This document shows, piece by piece, positions 11,226 through 20,000 of a stretch of 20,000 nt of DNA (positions are counted from its first letter, which is position 1; every line of letters begins with the position of its first letter). This stretch comes from Priapulus caudatus. Lineage: Eukaryota. Made by a program: the position numbers and the translations under genes. The stretch spans positions 1,400,096-1,420,095 of the forward strand of contig NW_014577068.1 of the NCBI RefSeq assembly GCF_000485595.1. The letters are read 5' to 3'. A model generated the notes under the pieces. It was given only the letters and a program-made list of their open reading frames with translations, made no database searches and was not told where the DNA came from.

Positions 11226-11264
11226 GCTTTCAGTGCTGTAGTGGATGAGGCGAACATGCCGATG
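11226..11264 (+). CDS. mbl: 39-nt exon, ZF3-ZF4 spacer (AFSAVVDEANMPM)
   Basis: Acceptor ttttattcTAGTAG, donor G|GTATCT, phase 0/0; HS|AFSAVVDEANMPM|VC aligns with MBNL HP-ADSTMIDTNDNTVT-VC. Identical in copy 2. Confidence 0.6.
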
Positions 11265-11307
11265 GTATCTCACGCAGATCACATGTGGTATTTCATCACA
11301 GTCTGCC

Positions 11308-12156
11308 TGTCATGCAGTCTGGCTAACCAGGGCTAGTACACTGTCACACTGTCTAGCTATACGAGGTCTGATATCAGGGTTAATTTACTGCTACACAGTC
11401 TAGGTACGCCACACCTGTTACAGGGTGGCTTGCCGTCACACAGTCTAGCTATACTACACCTGACACCAGGGCTGGCTTGCTGTCACACCAGTCTAGCTAT
11501 ACTACACCTGACACGCAAGGGCTGGCTTGCCTGTCATGCAGTACTAGCTATACTACACCTGATATCAGGGCTGGCTGCTGTCACACAGTCTAGCTATATT
11601 ACACCTGACACCAGGGCTGGCTTGCTGTCATGCAGTACTAGCTATACTACACCTGATATCAGGCTGGCTTGCTGTCACACAGTCTAGCTATATTACACCT
11701 GATATCAGGTTGGCTTGCTGTCATGCAGTACTAGCTATACTACACCTGATATCAGGGCTGGCTTGCTGTCACACAGTCTAGCTATACTACACCTGATATC
11801 AGGGCTGGCTTGCTATCACACAGTCTAGCTATATTACACATGATATCACGGTTGGCTTGCTGTCACACAGTCTACGCTATACTACACCTGACACCAGGCT
11901 GGCTTGCTGTCACACAGTCTAGCTATACTACACTGACACCAGGGCTGGCTTGCTGTCACACAGTCTAGCTATACTACACCTGACACCAGGGCTGGCTTGC
12001 TGTCACAGCAGTCTAGCTATACTACACCTGCACCAGGGCTGGCTTGGCTGTCACAGACCAGTCTAGCTATACTACACCTGACACCAGGCTGGCTTGCTGT
12101 CACACAGTCTAGCTATATTACACATGATATCAGGGCTGGTTTGTGTCAACACAGTC
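11308..12156. repeat. 47-bp minisatellite (gctgtcacacagtctagctatactacacctgacaccagggctggctt), about 17-18 units
   Basis: Period 47 (e.g. 11765 to 11812); variants gatatc/gacacc and cacacagtc/catgcagtac; first units degenerate. Confidence 0.95.
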
Positions 12157-12198
12157 AGTCGGATTAGCCGTGTCCACAGGTCCACCTCAGGTCTCACG

Positions 12199-12506
12199 GG
12201 GGCAGCCCATAGACCGAAGGTCCGATAGACCGAATATTGCAAAGGGTTAGGGTTACAGTTAGGGTTAGGTTTAGGGCATAGATATATGGTTTTGTAGTGC
12301 ATCATATTGATTTATAGTGAGGCATCGGTGGATGTGCGGCATGATTTCAGCGGTTCGAATACGCATCAAAGTGGATGTCCGCGATGCGTAAGCCTGGGGC
12401 TAGGCGAACCGACCACTCCGGACGTGTAGCCAATTGCGTTTCTCGAATAAAGCTTCGTCTATCGGGCCTTACGTCTATCGCGGACTTCGTCTAATAGGGC
12501 TGTCAC
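12199..12506. mobile_element. Second MITE-like element with imperfect TIRs and internal degenerate TTAGGG tract
   Basis: Left ggggcagcccatagaccgaaggtccgatagaccgaa versus reverse complement of right end gtgacagccctattagacgaagtccgcgatagacgtaa; gggttagggttacagttagggttaggtttaggg at 12244-12276; no clear TSD. Confidence 0.7.
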
Positions 12507-12581
12507 TGATCGGCACAGGTTCATCGGCTCTGGTCGCAGTAAGCCAGCAATCCTCACTACCGACTACAACCGTGTGCGCGA

Positions 12582-12740
12582 TCTCTCTCTATCTTTCTGC
12601 TCTTCTCTCTCTCGTCCTCTCGCGCTCTCACTCGATCTCCTCGCAGTTCATCTCTCTCTCCGACTCTCGGTCTCTCTCTCTTTTCGGCTCTCTATCTCTC
12701 TCTCTTCTCTCTCTCGTCACACTGGCTCTGTTCTCTCGTC
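12582..12740. repeat. Imperfect (CT)n tract
   Basis: Pyrimidine-rich CT repeat just upstream of the ZF4-like exon; copy at about 18064-18220. Confidence 0.85.
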
Positions 12741-12787
12741 CCCGACTTCAGAAGTGCGAGCGGGCTAGGCGAGTGCTCAGTGTTTAG

Positions 12788-12971
12788 GTTGGCAGGATGT
12801 TCAATCCGTGCAGATAAAGGGTTAAGGTGCTTGTTTGACGGCCGATGTCTGCTGGTTACATCCCCCAGGGGTTTTGTCTGCGGGGGTCACGCACCACCAG
12901 TCTCGTTGAAAGATCTCATCCACCAGAAATGGCTGGCCTAATGAATTGCCAGATATTAACAAGCTGGCGGC
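12788..12971 (+). CDS. mbl: Candidate ZF4-like exon (divergent or error-laden)
   Basis: Acceptor tgtttAG, donor GTGAGT at 12972; the two copies together give V(C)RMFN...QKGLRCLFDADVCWLHPP, reminiscent of MBNL ZF4 [21 protein letters not shown], but Cys/His spacing is non-canonical and frames are broken. Confidence 0.45.
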
Positions 12972-13129
12972 GTGAGTGGTTTGGCTCGGCCTCGCGCAGA
13001 ACTAGATGACGCGGCTGACCACCAGTACGCAATCTGGCCTTGTAACGGAGTGAGGACTACAGAACAGGTTTATGTGAGCGCTGCGTCGCGTGATGAAACG
13101 TGTCCAGGTAGAGTGCGGAAGCGTAGAAA

Positions 13130-13231
13130 AGCAAGCAGCAGCAGTAGTAGTAGCAGAGTAGTAGTAGTAGTAGCAGGCAGCAGCATCAGCAGCAGCAAGC
13201 AGCAGCAGCAATAGCAGCAGCAGCATCAGCA
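13130..13231. repeat. Mixed (CAG)n/(TAG)n trinucleotide tract
   Basis: gcagcagcagtagtagtagcagagtagtagtagtagtagcaggcagcagcatcagcagcagc...; copy at about 18613-18715. Confidence 0.9.
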
Positions 13232-13444
13232 TAAACTAACAGTATCCGCCTGTCCCGCCCCTTCCTTCTCATCACGACTGTCTTGCGCGAGGCAGTGTTA
13301 GTCTGCTGTCAACAGTCTGTCTACAACCAGGAATTCACGTTTACAAGCAATCACAAAAACAACCAGAAGACGATTGTGCCGCCCCCTCCCACTTACACGT
13401 CGCCCCGGTCCTGTCCGCCAGGAGTGTTCTGTTTTGTCGCGTAG
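13176..13444 (+). other. Possible Q/P-rich 3' coding region of the muscleblind-like gene
   Basis: Fragments QYPPVPPLPSHH (about 13240) and IVPPPPTYTSPGPVSPGVFCF (cleanest in the copy starting at 34) follow the CAG run; exon boundaries not resolved. Confidence 0.25.
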
Positions 13445-14084
13445 GGTCGTGTGATCATGAGTCGGCGGGAAAGAATATTCGGGCAGGTGCGGGGTGGGCA
13501 GGGGGAACGTAGGTACGACAGACACCTGATTGTCAGCGAGTCGGGGAGTAGGGAAGGGTCGGTGAGCGAATATCGTGAAAGGGTTTAGCTGTCTGCCGTT
13601 TGCCCGAACGCGCGAGCGAGAACGCGAACCGAAAAATTGCGTCGTAAACTGAGAAGCAGCGGGGCAGCATTATGTGTACAAGAGACGCGCAGATAGAGAT
13701 GGTGAGACGCTCGTTCAGCAACCAGTCGGCCTAAGCGTAGGGGGTTCCCTCCTCCCGCTCCACCGCCCCCGCCCACCACCAGCCCGCTCCCAGTGACGGC
13801 TGCCGACATTTTGGTTTCACCTCCAGGGCTGTGCAGAGTATATGCCTCGCGAGAGAAATTGTCGGGTATCGGTGACTGTGCGCCTGCGCGTGGCCGTGCA
13901 GGCGTGCGTGGTGTGCGTGCGTGCACATGCATCACGACAGCAGCGCGCGCAGCCGGCGTCACAGTACGCGTCGCCAGCTAGGCGGTGAATTAACGCTAAC
14001 AACGCATATGCAAGATCTGCTGCTTCTTCGAGACCGCGGGAAGTTAACCCGCTGCTTCCTGCCGCGAGATTCATAGACTGCTCT

Positions 14085-14284
14085 TGCCCTCTCTCTCTTT
14101 TCTCTCTCCCTGAAGTCTCTCTCTCTCTCACTCTCTCTCTCTCTCTTCTCCTCTCCCTCTCTCTCGTCTTCTCTCTCTCCGCTCTCTCTCTCTCTCAATC
14201 TCTCTCTCTCTCTTCTCTCTCCCTGAGTCTCTCTCTCTCTCCAGCTCTCTTCTCTATCCTCGCCTCTCGCTCCACCCTCTCTTC

Positions 14285-14315
<31 letters not shown>

Positions 14316-14600
14316 CTTCTCTCTCCTCTCTCTGACTCTCTCCCTTTCTCTCTCTCTTTAACTCTCTCTCTCGTGTCTCTCTCTCTCTCTCTACGCTCTT
14401 CCCTCATCGCCATCGCTCTCGCTCTTCTTTCCCCCTCTCCTCTCCTCATCCTCCTCTCTCTCTCTCTCTCCTCTCTCTCTTCTCTCTCCTCTCCTCTCTC
14501 NNNNNNNNNNNNNNNNNNNNNNNNNTCTCTCCCCCTCACTCTCTGTCTCTCTCTCCTCTCTCTCCCCCTCACCCTCCCTATCCCCCCTCTCTCTCTCTCT
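14085..14600. repeat. Long imperfect (CT)n microsatellite spanning the assembly gap
   Basis: CT-rich on both sides of 25 N (14501-14525); copy at about 19578-20000. Confidence 0.95.
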
Positions 14601-14711
14601 CCCGCGCGCGCACACAGCAGTATGGTGCACGTATATATACACGTATACTCTTGTGGCGTACTGCGTGGTATGTGGGGGTGGGTGGGTTGACTCGCCGGCA
14701 AACATCTTTGC

Positions 14712-14808
14712 GAGGACTTGGGTCAGTGTGGTCGGCGATGCAACGTTTACGAGATCGGTCTCAGCCCCTTTGGTTCGAGTCCTTACTGGCGGAAGGTTCG
14801 AGTCCTTG
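14712..14808 (+). other. Pol III type-2 promoter-like element (A-box plus two B-boxes); tRNA-derived SINE head or small ncRNA candidate
   Basis: A-box-like tgggtcagtgtgg (14719-14731); GGTTCGAGTCC at 14772-14782 and 14795-14805; 5' gaggactt can pair with gagtcctt. Confidence 0.35.
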
Positions 14809-16689
14809 TAGTCTGTAGAATAAAGCCGGGGGGCGCTTGGACCGCGAATTAATTAACGGGTGTAGCGTATGCGGCGGCAGCAGCGGCGGCGGCGGCGGCA
14901 ACTAGCCGTGTAGCGGCAGCGTGGTTGGAAATACGTACAGCTGATGTAGACACCGAGGGTTAGCAGACGGTCACACGGGTCACGCACCAGGCTTTTGCCT
15001 GGCAAACCTTGCTATAAACTCACGCAGCCAGCCAGTCTTTTTATTGATCGTTGCTTGCACTTTGGCAAAGCCGTGTCTGTCTGCCGCAGTTAACACACTC
15101 AAGCCCAATATACACTGCAGTCCTAATGGCTGGCGCACTAATTGGCCCCTGACAGTTTTTTTCTGCTGCCAAGGTGGATGACCTATCTGAAAAATTCTTG
15201 CCGGGTGTCACCCGCGTGGAGAGGTGGCTGCTAGCAGACAGTGTTCCGAGCAGTCCGCGGTCGCGTGTGAGCTGCGCACAGTTGTGTCGCAGAACGCAGC
15301 CCCCTCCTTTACCGTTCTAGACGCCGCCCCTATGTTACGACGGTACAGTCGATATGTGTCTCAGACAGTTCCCCTTTGCGACTGGACGCAGTCAATATAT
15401 GTCTCAGACAGACCGATATTAGTGAACGAAAGAACTCACCGATATTAGTGAACGAAAGAACTCACCGATATTAGTGAACGAGAGAACTCACCGATATTAG
15501 TGAACGAGATAAGTTCGTGAAGATGATTTGTGTTCTAGGTGAGCATCTGCGAGCAATTTATAACTTACCGCTTGTTCTGTTCTTTGGATTAGGCAAGCCT
15601 GTCACATATCTGTGTGGTGCGCATCTCATTGTCTCCTCCTGGCTGCACTTCATTACAGATACTTGGGGTTGAGAAGAACAGTTTGTGACTGGCAGTCAGA
15701 TATTTTATATATTACGGTATTCGTAGATAATTCATGTTATCAGGATTTATTAGAAGCTAGAGCTCAGTAGCTACATGAGAAGTGTTGCACAGCATGCTGC
15801 CTAGCACTGCGCTTGCCAATATTGCAGAGTCTGGTTTGTAAAAGGTTATATAACATGCTAGTGTGAGAGGTTGCTCTTGCAGCGCACTATCGAAGGCAGA
15901 TGTAGGTTCCGTGGGTTTCTGTTTGTTGCACACGTTTTGCATTTACGTGGACTTTGTTTACTGCTTTCAAGTTTATAATTATCCCTAGGAGGTCATGTCT
16001 AGGATGTAACCTCCAGCCAGATACCGCCGGTTCTCCCGTCTGTGAAACGTCCTCATAGTGGCTGGCTCGAGGGGCGAGCGGGAAACTGTCTTCTAACTTC
16101 CTGACATTCACACATTTGAGGGCTGTCTGGATCTGTCGTTAAAATACTGCTAGTGTGTGTTGAATAGACATTACAGTTGAGATGAGTGCGTATGCATATA
16201 TAGCTATCAGTAATCTTAATAAAACATTGTCAATTTATTCAAAAAAGTAAACGGGGTAAAACACGTGTTGAAATAAGCTGCAGTTGCTAAAATCGTGTAG
16301 TCAATGGGCGTCATGTGAAAATTGTAAGAAGTATTCAGATTGCAACTAATTCTACAGCAGAAAAGCCAAAATGAGACAAGTGATCAGTGTCCAACCATGC
16401 GTTCAGTCTTTATTGTGTCCTGGCTGTGTTGTACTATTTATTATGTGTATATAGGCCCTACCTTGCTACTTGCTCTAGAGTGACTTGCCAGATCATACTG
16501 TCTTTGTTGAATTTCAATTTAATCCATGTAGCCCAGCATTCATCGTCTGCCCTTACCCCTACGGGAAGGTATTTGATGTGCCATATCTTGATTTTGTATG
16601 TACTGAATGTGAGAGTTAAACTGCTGATACCATGCATTCTCATTGATATGCTGAGCAAACTGCTGACTATATCTATTTTATTCTAGTAG

Positions 16690-16728
16690 GCTTTCAGTGC
16701 TGTAGTGGATGAGGCGAACATGCCGATG
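16690..16728 (+). CDS. mbl: Duplicate of the 39-nt muscleblind-like exon
   Basis: Identical to 11226-11264 including TAGTAG acceptor and GTATCT donor. Confidence 0.5.
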
Positions 16729-16770
16729 GTATCTCACGCAGATCACATGTGGTATTTCACACAGTCTGCC

Positions 16771-17627
16771 CTGTCATGCAGTCTGGCTAACCAGGGCTAG
16801 TACACTGTCACACTGTCTAGCTATACGAGGTCTGATATCAGGGTTAATTTACTGCTACACAGTCTAGGTACGCCACACCTGTTATCAGGGCTGGCTTGCT
16901 GTCACACAGTCTAGCTATATTACACCTGACACCAGGGCTGGCTTGCTGTCACACAGTCTAGCTATATTACACCTGACACCAGGGCTGGCTTGCTGTCACT
17001 CAAGTACTAGCTATACTACACCTGATATCAGAGGCTGGCTGCTGTCACACAGTCAGCATATACACCGTGACACACGGGCTGGCTTGCTGTCATGCAGTAC
17101 TAGCTTACACCACTCTGATTCAGGCTGGCTTGCTATCACACAGTCTAGCTATATTACACCTGATATCAGGTTGGCTTGCTGTCATGGGCAGTACTAGTAT
17201 ACTACACCTGATATCAGGGCTGGCTTGCTGTCACACAGTCTAGCTATACTACACCTGACATCAGGGCTGGCTTGCTATCACACAGTCTAGCTATATTACA
17301 CATGATATCACGGTTGGCTTGCTGTCACACAGTCTAGCTATACTACACCTGACACCAGGGCTGGCTTGCTGTCACACAGTCTAGCTATACTACACTGACA
17401 CCAGGGCTGGCTTGCTGTCACACGAGTCTAGCTATAATCTACACCTGAACACCAAGGGCTGGCTTGCTGCACAGCAGTCAGACTATACTACACCTGCACC
17501 AGGGCTGGCTGGCTGTCACATTCCAGTCCTAGCTATAGCTACACACTACAGCCAGGCTGGCTTGCTGTCACACAGTCTACGCTATATATAACATGATATC
17601 AGGGCTGGTTTGTGTCAACACAGTCAG
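16771..17627. repeat. 47-bp minisatellite, duplicate
   Basis: Same unit as 11308-12156. Confidence 0.95.
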
Positions 17628-17670
17628 TCGTGATTAGCCGCTGTCACACAAGGTCACCTCAGGTCTCACG

Positions 17671-17987
17671 GGGGCAAAGCCCATAGACCGAAGGTCCGAT
17701 AGAGCCGAATATTGCAAAGGGTTAGGGTTATGCAGTTAGGGTTAGGTTTAGGGCATAGTATATGGTTTGTAGTGGCATCATATTGAATTTATAGTAGGCA
17801 TCGGTGGATGTGCGGCATATTCAGACGGTTCGAACCATACGGCATCAAAGTGGATTCCGGATGCGTAAGCCTGGGTGCTAGGCGAACCGACATTCCGGAC
17901 GTGTAGCCAATTGCGTTTCCTCGAATAAAGACTTCGTCTATCGGGCCTTACGTCTATCGACGAACTTGCGTCTATTAGGGCTGTCAC
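17671..17987. mobile_element. Duplicate of the second TTAGGG-bearing MITE-like element
   Basis: Collinear with 12199-12506. Confidence 0.65.
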
Positions 17988-18264
17988 TTCGTCGCACAGG
18001 TTCATCGCTCTGTGTCACAGTAGCGAAGCAATATCCTCACTACGACTACAACCCTGTGCGCGATCTCTCTCTATCTTTCTCTCTTCTCTCTCTCGTCCTC
18101 TCGCGCTCTCTTCGCGATCTCCTCGAACGTTTCTCTCTCTCTCTCGATGAGCTCTCTCTCTCCTCAGCTCTCTATTTCTCTCTTCTCTCTCTCTCTCACA
18201 CTGGCGTCTGTTCTCTCTCCCCGACTTCAGAATGCGAGCGGGCTAGGCGAGTGCCAGTGTTTAG

Positions 18265-18449
18265 TTGCAGGATGTTCAATCCGTGCAGAAAGGGTTAAGG
18301 TGCTTGTTTGACGCCGATGTCTGCTGGTTACATCCCCCAGGGTGTTGTGTTTCTGCGGGGCTCACGCACCCGCAGTCTCGTACTGAAAGATCTCAATCCC
18401 CAGAACTGGCTGACCTAATGAAAATTCCAGCATATTAACAAGCTGCGGC
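18265..18449 (+). CDS. mbl: Duplicate of the candidate ZF4-like exon
   Basis: One frame reads DVQSVQKGLRCLFDADVCWLHPPG; donor GTGAGT at 18450. Confidence 0.4.
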
Positions 18450-19769
18450 GTGAGTGGTTTGCCGGGCTCGCGTCAGGACACTAGAATGACCGCGCGGGCT
18501 CACCACATCGCAACATTCTGGCCTTGCTAACGGAGGAGACTACAGAACAGGTTATGTGAGCGCGTCGCGTCGCGTGATGAACGCTGTCCAGGTAGAGTCG
18601 GAAGCGTAAAACAAGCAAGCAGCAGTAGTAGTAGCAGAGTAGTAGTAGTAGTAGCAGCAGCAGGCATGCAGCAGCAGCAAGCAGCATCGCAGCAATAGGC
18701 AGCAGCAGGCATCAGTAACACTATAGATTGTACCGCGCTGTCCCCCCCTTCCTTTCATCACACTGTCTTGCGCGGAGGCAGTGTTAGTCTGCTGTCACAT
18801 CAGTCTGTCTACAACAAGGAAATCACGTTTACAAGCAATCCACAACACCAGAATACGGATTGTGCCGCCCCCTCCCACTTACACGTCCCCCGGTTTCCTG
18901 TCTCGCCAGGAGTGTTCTGTTTATGTCGCGTAGGGTCGTGTGATCATGAGTCGGGCGGGAAAAGAATTATTCCGGCAGGTGCGGGTGGGCCAGGGGGAAC
19001 GTAGGAGTACAACAGACACACTGATTGTCAGCGAGTCGGGGAGAGGGAAGGGTCGGGTGGCGAATATCGTGAAAGGGTTTAGCTGTCTGCGTTTCCTGAC
19101 CGCGAGCGAGAACGCGTCCAACCGAAAAATTGCGTCGTAAACTGAGAAGCAGCGGGGCAGCATTATGTGTACAAGAGACGCGCAGATAGAGATGGTGAGA
19201 CGCTCGTTCAGCAACCAGTCGGCCTAAGCGTAGGGGGTTCCCTCCTCCCGCTCCACCGCCCCCGCCCACCACCAGCCCGCTCCCAGTGACGGCTGCCGAC
19301 ATTTTGGTTTCACCTCCAGGGCTGTGCAGAGTATATGCCTCGCGAGAGAAATTGTCGGGTATCGGTGACTGTGCGCCTGCGCGTGGCCGTGCAGGCGTGC
19401 GTGGTGTGCGTGCGTGCACATGCATCACGACAGCAGCGCGCGCAGCCGGCGTCACAGTACGCGTCGCCAGCTAGGCGGTGAATTAACGCTAACAACGCAT
19501 ATGCAAGATCTGCTGCTTCTTCGAGACCGCGGGAAGTTAACCCGCTGCTTCCTGCCGCGAGATTCATAGACTGCTCTTGCCCTCTCTCTCTTTTCTCTCT
19601 CCCTGAAGTCTCTCTCTCTCTCACTCTCTCTCTCTCTCTTCTCCTCTCCCTCTCTCTCGTCTCTCTCTCTCCTCTCTCTCTCTCTCAATCTCCTCTCTCT
19701 CTCTTCTCTCTCCCTGGTCTCTCTTCTCTCCAGCTCTCTCTCTCTATCCTCTGCCTCTCGCTCCGCCCT

Positions 19770-19807
<38 letters not shown>

Positions 19808-20000
19808 CCTCCTTCTCTCTCTCTCTCTCTCTCTCTCCCTTTCTCTTTCTCTCGCTTTATCCTCTCTCTCTCTGCTCTCTCTCTCTCTCTCTACGCTCTT
19901 CCCTCATCGCCATCGCTCTCGCTCTTCTTTCCCCCTCTCCTCTCCTCATCCTCCTCTCTCTCTCTCTCTCCTCTCTCTCTTCTCTCTCCTCTCCTCTCTC

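Larger units (their letters stand above)
9943..14500 (+). repeat. Copy 1 of an about 4.6-kb direct duplication
   Basis: Collinear with 15412-20000 throughout (offset about 5460-5500); 14391-14500 is identical to 19891-20000. Confidence 0.95.
15412..20000 (+). repeat. Copy 2 of the about 4.6-kb duplication (runs to window end)
   Basis: Contains the 26-bp array (15412-15510), 39-nt exon (16690-16728), 47-bp array (about 16771-17627), MITE (17671-17987), ZF4-like exon (18265-18449), CAG tract and CT tract. Confidence 0.95.

Noticed and set aside
11308..12156. CRISPR array or coding repeat (ORFs 11430-11687, 16943-17197)
   Set aside because: No spacers; the 47-bp unit is not a multiple of 3 and frames break.
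13585..13962. Minus-strand ORF MSAAVTGSGLVVGGGGGAGGGNP (also 18967-19455) with aaaATG context
   Set aside because: No recognisable domain and the 3' frame differs between copies; a convergent gene's first exon cannot be excluded but is unsupported.
13817..14705. RE-rich and SL-rich ORFs (also 12434-12787, 17966-18298, 19310-19688)
   Set aside because: Translations of (CT)n/(GA)n microsatellites, some crossing the N gap.
14712..14808. Intact tRNA gene
   Set aside because: Could not fold an anticodon arm or a proper acceptor stem; kept only as a Pol III-like candidate.

Overview
Eukaryotic (animal-type, TTAGGG-containing) genomic DNA with an assembly gap (N 14501-14525) and many apparent 1-2 nt indel errors. 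The ORF track is mostly repeat noise. Reading across frames and splice sites reveals a + strand, multi-exon muscleblind/MBNL-like CCCH zinc-finger gene. Its exons are a start exon at about 8060-8478 (ATG 8241, ending ...EINGKRH|GTGAGT), linker exons 9165-9194 and 9280-9410, a ZF3 exon 9721-9842, a 39-nt exon 11226-11264, a ZF4-like exon 12788-12971 and a possible Q/P-rich 3' part. The 3' half (about 9943-14500) recurs at 15412-20000 and partly at 1-400, most likely assembly or haplotype redundancy. Also present are 21-, 26- and 47-bp minisatellites, two different TIR elements (MITE-like) carrying internal telomeric repeats, Helitron-like termini, a Pol III-like A-box/double B-box element and microsatellites. 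The most interesting signal is the intron just downstream of the 39-nt exon: a 47-bp minisatellite repeating GCTTGCT, a preferred MBNL site. That exon also has a TAGTAG tandem acceptor whose upstream AG would add an in-frame stop. Together these suggest a repeat-built autoregulatory circuit (inference).
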